64,000 bases of DNA from an uncultured Gammaproteobacteria bacterium (lineage in GTDB: Bacteria > Patescibacteriota > Patescibacteriia > Patescibacteriales > UBA12465). The DNA is taken from assembly GCA_964431235.1 (NCBI GenBank), contig CAYSJA010000030.1, forward strand, positions 1,774 through 65,773, in the 5' to 3' direction. This document shows positions 60,118-64,000 of this stretch, piece by piece. The first letter of the stretch is position 1. The number at the start of each line of letters is the position of its first letter. The notes beneath the pieces are model-generated. The model made no database searches. It was given only the letters and a program-made list of their open reading frames with translations, and had not been told where the DNA came from. Both the position numbers and the translations under genes were made by a program.

Positions 60118-60594
60118 CTAAATACCCAAGTCTCCCAAAGCTTCGGCGATTGAATTGCTGTTCTTTTCAGAATCAGCCTTATATTTCCTCCAAGATATTT
60201 GATCCCAAATCTCCAAATGATTATATAAGCCGGCTACTACTACTTTTTTTTTCAATCCGGAAAAAGAACGCAAATATTCCGGTAAAGTTATCCGTCCCTG
60301 ATTATCAAATTCGACATCCATAGCTCCAGCCAACATATGACGCGCAAAAGCCCTGGCCTTAGCCTGACTAAGTGGCAAAGCAGCAAATTTTTTTGCCATC
60401 TCTTTAAATTGTTCTTTAGAATATAAAAAAAGACAGTTATCCAAACCTTTGGTTACAACCGCCCCTTTCTTTAAAATGACACGGAACTTAGCTGGTATAG
60501 CCAAGCGCCCTTTATTATCTAAACTATGATTGTATTCGCCGATAAACATAGATTTAGCAAATAAATTTTTATTCCATCGTCCACTATTCCCCAC
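60118..60594 (-). CDS. mraZ: transcriptional regulator MraZ
   Basis: MFIGEYNHSLDNKGRLAIPAKFR; duplicated SpoVT/AbrB-like halves. Confidence 0.9.
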   Translation of the reverse strand: MGNSGRWNKNLFAKSMFIGEYNHSLDNKGRLAIPAKFRVILKKGAVVTKGLDNCLFLYSKEQFKEMAKKFAALPLSQAKARAFARHMLAGAMDVEFDNQGRITLPEYLRSFSGLKKKVVVAGLYNHLEIWDQISWRKYKADSEKNSNSIAEALGDLGI

Positions 60595-60680
60595 AATTCA
60601 CCTTTCAAGTTTAATTATACACCACTTGCCCCCAAGGGTCAACACTTTTATTTTATCTAATATAAAGGAAAAATTATTAA

Positions 60681-60710
60681 AAAGACCACTTATCAACAAG
60701 TGGCCTGTTT
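60681..60710 (-). terminator. rho-independent terminator after the tsaB-like gene, upstream of mraZ
   Basis: Minus strand reads CAGGCCACTTGTTGATAAGTGGTCTTTTT. Confidence 0.5.
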
Positions 60711-60814
60711 AAATTTAATTATTTTTTAAAAAAATAACCTTTAGTTTTCAACAGTTAATACACAAGACTAAAATAAATATTTTTTCAATAACTACCTATT
60801 AAATAAATAAAAAT

Positions 60815-61195
60815 TCAGTCTAAAATCTTCTTTTTACTCTGCCCGATATTGGGTAACTGGCTATATATTGGCTTAACAATCTGAAAATTTTTAAATAAAA
60901 ACGCGTTCCGGCCACTTTCACTTATTACTGGAACCTTCAAAGCATAAGCTAAGGCGTTAGCACTTAATATTCCGACTCTTAAAGAAGTAAAACTTCCTCC
61001 TTTATCAGCAACTATTATCTTTTTTATATGTCGTAAAGAAATTTTGTTCTCCAATAATAGATTGTTTATCAAAACTAAAAGTTTTTCTGCCTGGTTGCAC
61101 TTTACTTGGCTGATTTTCACTATTTCTTTTTTATTTTTTAAAATCAAGACAATCTTAATTTTATTGTCAATAATTGTATTTATATATAATGTCAT
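60815..61195 (-). CDS. TsaB-like protein (N-terminal half only, 126 aa)
   Basis: KGGSFTSLRVGILSANALAYALKVPV resembles the TsaB/YeaZ GPGSFTGLRIG motif. Confidence 0.55.
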   Translation of the reverse strand: MTLYINTIIDNKIKIVLILKNKKEIVKISQVKCNQAEKLLVLINNLLLENKISLRHIKKIIVADKGGSFTSLRVGILSANALAYALKVPVISESGRNAFLFKNFQIVKPIYSQLPNIGQSKKKILD

Positions 61196-62199
61196 AATCC
61201 TTTTTGGTATTCATTTATAATTTTTTCTATATCGTTTACAGACTCTATCTTCACCAATTTTTCCCGCCAGTACTTAGCTCTAGAAAATCCTTGTACATAC
61301 CAAACTAAATGCTTCCTTAACTCAATTAGGGCGGCTTCACTTTTTTTTTCTACAAAAAGCTTAGCATGCTTTAACATCAAGGCTAATATTTCTGAACCGG
61401 ATAATTCTTTATTTTTATCATCTTTAATCTCTGAAAAAAGCCAAGGCCGACCTAAAACTCCACGCGCCAAGCCCAAACCGTCAGCCAAACTTTCTTGCCA
61501 GGCCAACCTGGCGCTATCAAGATTATTTATACCACCATTGGTTAAAATAACACCTTTAAAATAATCTCTCGCTTTCTTCGCTAGCCCATGATCAACCTTG
61601 CCGGTAAAGCCCTGATTTAAACTCCGTCCGTGAATCATTAAAGCTGAGAGGGGCAAATCAGAAATATTGCTTAAAAATTCCAAAGCCCCTATTTCACCTG
61701 AAGACGATCTTATTTTTATAGATACCGGCAAATCAGTATTATCCAGAACCGCCTGAATAACTTTCCTTGATCGTTTCAAATCTTTCATTAAGTTTGCTCC
61801 TGCTCCCTGCTTGATAATTTTATTTACCGGACAACCGAAATTTATATCTAAACCATGTGGCCTTATTTTTTCATTTATCATTTTAGCAGCAACAGCAAAA
61901 TGTTCGGGTAAGGAACCAAAAATTTGGACAACGTAATACTTCTCTTTCTTTGGATCAAATTGTAATAAATCTCTCGTTGTTTCAACACTATTTTCACCCT
62001 GCCGACTCTTGTCCTTATCAATATAATATAAAGCGGTGGCGGAAACCATTTCACTGTATAGAACATCAGCTCCCTGTTGCCGGCACAATTGGCGAAAAGC
62101 TGGATCAGTAAAACCCGCCATTGGAGCTAAAGCTAAAATCGGTCGGCAATTTTTTTTCAATTCATTCCAAAAATTATTTTTTATCATGATGCTCGGCAA
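61192..62199 (-). CDS. dus: tRNA-dihydrouridine synthase
   Basis: LAPMAGFTDPAFRQLCR; TIM-barrel FMN enzyme. Confidence 0.85.
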   Translation of the reverse strand: MPSIMIKNNFWNELKKNCRPILALAPMAGFTDPAFRQLCRQQGADVLYSEMVSATALYYIDKDKSRQGENSVETTRDLLQFDPKKEKYYVVQIFGSLPEHFAVAAKMINEKIRPHGLDINFGCPVNKIIKQGAGANLMKDLKRSRKVIQAVLDNTDLPVSIKIRSSSGEIGALEFLSNISDLPLSALMIHGRSLNQGFTGKVDHGLAKKARDYFKGVILTNGGINNLDSARLAWQESLADGLGLARGVLGRPWLFSEIKDDKNKELSGSEILALMLKHAKLFVEKKSEAALIELRKHLVWYVQGFSRAKYWREKLVKIESVNDIEKIINEYQKGL

Positions 62200-63619
62200 T
62201 TAATCTCTGCCCTTGGGGAATATCTTCAAGAATAAAACCCAACTTTTTTATTTCAACGCGTAAACGATCAGACTCTTGCCAATTTTCTGCCAAACGAGCT
62301 ACCTCTCTTTTTAAAAGCAGCTTTAAAATCTTATCGGGCACATTAAAAGAAATTTCTTTAATATTTTTACCCCAAGGTTTTATTGCCTCTAAAATAAAAG
62401 TTTTTTTATTTAAATCAAGTCCTAAAACTTTATCAAAATCTAAAGCTGTTGCCAGCTTGTCCTTATTTACAAGGTTTGATTTCATCATCTTGGCTAAAAC
62501 TGCTAAAGCTTGGGGAATATTTAAATCATTGTTTATCGCTTTTATAAACTGCTCTTGAAAATTGGGATTAGAATCACCCTTCTCTTCTCCTAAAGATACT
62601 ATTTGTGACCTAAAACTTAACAATGATTTTTCTGCTTGACGCAAACCCTCCTCACTGTATTCCATTGGCTTACGATAATGGACTTGACAAACAGCTAAAC
62701 GGTAAGCTAAAGGATCTATATCTTTCTTTAGCAAAGCATTTTCCAAAGTCAAAAAATTATCGCCACTTTTAGCCATTTTTTTGCCACCGGAAATATTTAA
62801 AAAAGCACTATGAAGCCAATAATTAAAAAAATTCTTATCGGTAGCAGCTTCTGATTGGGCAATTTCGTTAGTATGATGAATATTTATATGATCAACGCCA
62901 CCACAATGTATATCTAAGTTACCTTGCAAATATTTCAAACTCATAGCCGAGCACTCTATATGCCAGCCAGGGAATCCCTTGCCCCAAGGAGAATTCCACT
63001 CCATTTGGCGTTTACGATCTGTCGGAGAAAACTTCCACAAAGCAAAATCAGTTGGACTCTTTTTATCAGGATTCTTTTCCACCCTAGCTCCTTCTCTTAG
63101 ACTTTCTAAAGGCAAATGGCTTAATTTATTATAATTTTTAACTTTTGCGGTATCAAAATACAAACCATCTTTAGTTTTATAGGTATAGCCCTTTTTCTCT
63201 AGAATCTTTATTAGTTCAATCTGCTCGGCAATATTATCAGTGGCTTTACACCAAATATCAGGATAAATTATGTTCAATCTGCCTAAATCTTTCTTAAAAG
63301 CTTGAGTATAAAAATCAGCTATTTGCCAAGCACTTTTCCCTTCGCGCTGAGCACTTCTTTCCATTTTATCTTCACCCATATTCATGTCACCCAACAAATG
63401 ACCAACATCGGTTATATTCATAACATGCTTTACTTTATAACCGTTATAGATGAAAATTCTCTTCAAAAAATCCTCAAACAAATAAGCGCGAAAGTTACCA
63501 ATATGAGCATAATTATAAACAGTTGGACCACAGGTATAAATACCAACTAAATCTTTTTTTAGCGGAGAAAAAACTTCTTTCTTCCTAGTTAAAGTGTTAT
63601 ATAGATAAATTTTTTCCAT
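62174..63619 (-). CDS. cysS: cysteinyl-tRNA synthetase
   Basis: CGPTVYNYAHIGNFR (HIGH), KMAKSGDN (KMSKS), Zn-ligand Cys/His pattern. Confidence 0.9.
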   Translation of the reverse strand: MEKIYLYNTLTRKKEVFSPLKKDLVGIYTCGPTVYNYAHIGNFRAYLFEDFLKRIFIYNGYKVKHVMNITDVGHLLGDMNMGEDKMERSAQREGKSAWQIADFYTQAFKKDLGRLNIIYPDIWCKATDNIAEQIELIKILEKKGYTYKTKDGLYFDTAKVKNYNKLSHLPLESLREGARVEKNPDKKSPTDFALWKFSPTDRKRQMEWNSPWGKGFPGWHIECSAMSLKYLQGNLDIHCGGVDHINIHHTNEIAQSEAATDKNFFNYWLHSAFLNISGGKKMAKSGDNFLTLENALLKKDIDPLAYRLAVCQVHYRKPMEYSEEGLRQAEKSLLSFRSQIVSLGEEKGDSNPNFQEQFIKAINNDLNIPQALAVLAKMMKSNLVNKDKLATALDFDKVLGLDLNKKTFILEAIKPWGKNIKEISFNVPDKILKLLLKREVARLAENWQESDRLRVEIKKLGFILEDIPQGQRLIAEHHDKK

Positions 63620-63629
63620 AAGTCTCTTA

Positions 63630-64000
63630 TTACTTAAATTTTATCGGAATACTTATTTGCGCACTGTTTTCCAATAAACCAGAAGGGTTGCTTTTCATAA
63701 TGACTAAATAACCATTTTCCGCTTCAGTATTAAAATCCAAAATCGTACTAAAAGCTACAAAATCTTCAGTCATCCAATCAGTTTCAGCTTGAGCATAATA
63801 ATCAACAACTATATCGCCCGCTGCTGTCAAAAGTTTTAGAGGTAAAACTGCCTCAAAAAACCAATAACCTCTGGCTGTACCTTTTATTTCTAAAGGAGAT
63901 GACACTTTTTCTCCTGGTAAAGGCGAAGTAACCACTACTTCTATTGGCGGTTTAAACCTATTTTCATATTTATCGCTTATTTCTACGGGGCAATCCTCTT
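63630..64000 (-). CDS. hypothetical protein, possibly a Gmad2/Ig-like domain; 5' end may lie beyond the window
   Basis: ORF reaches the window edge; predicted beta-rich; weak resemblance to GerM/Gmad2 domains. Confidence 0.3.
   Translation of the reverse strand, partial: EDCPVEISDKYENRFKPPIEVVVTSPLPGEKVSSPLEIKGTARGYWFFEAVLPLKLLTAAGDIVVDYYAQAETDWMTEDFVAFSTILDFNTEAENGYLVIMKSNPSGLLENSAQISIPIKFK

Noticed and set aside
1-64000. Alternative genetic code (UGA recoding, as in some CPR lineages)
   Set aside because: All long homologous genes read through in the standard code without in-frame TGA interruptions, so table 11 fits.
1-64000. CRISPR arrays, rRNA or tRNA genes
   Set aside because: I saw no regularly spaced direct repeats, and no T-loop GGTTCGAAT-like signatures in any intergenic region. 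The few long intergenic spacers (3761-4223, 15471-15697, 24060-24373, 38260-38619, 60595-60814) are AT-rich promoter or leader regions.

Overview
The window is AT-rich (roughly 30% GC) and densely packed with short genes, mostly on the minus strand. It reads in the standard genetic code. Together with trimmed-down enzymes (short pyruvate kinase, NuoF, TsaB and RfbA), this looks like a reduced genome of the Candidate Phyla Radiation / Patescibacteria type; that attribution is inference. Recognisable content, working along the window, is mostly housekeeping:
- Aminoacyl-tRNA synthetases: gltX, serS, metG, cysS.
- Replication and division: dnaX, alr-ftsQ, and a partial dcw cluster (mraZ-rsmH-ftsL-ftsI-murF).
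- Transcription and translation: secE-nusG-rplK-rplA, rpmA, rpsB-tsf.
- Core metabolism: pyrG, gap, pyk, tgt, cca, dus, tsaC and tsaB.
- Iron-sulfur assembly: an IscS/IscU pair.

The less ordinary content is:
1. A two-gene [FeFe]-hydrogenase module. HydA has all three H-cluster motifs, but its N-terminal ferredoxin-like domain has lost every 2Fe-2S cysteine ligand. The adjacent NuoF-like flavoprotein is truncated, and no NuoE-like subunit is present.
2. A separately encoded Pyrococcus/Thermotoga-type single-cluster ferredoxin gene with no canonical start codon.
3. A VirD4/TraG-like coupling ATPase with an N-terminal transmembrane segment, sitting alone in a housekeeping operon.
4. A roughly 11 kb cell-envelope locus. 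It holds two large uncharacterised surface proteins (one with a poly-C(8) tract in its coding sequence), GT4 and GT2 glycosyltransferases, RfbA- and RfbD-like genes, and a regulator with sigma-70 region 4 fused to a C-terminal HARE-HTH.
5. A single Xer-type tyrosine recombinase next to a 28-nt dif-like sequence.
6. A secreted protein with an intragenic tandem duplication.

I found no rRNA, tRNA, CRISPR array or obvious transposon.
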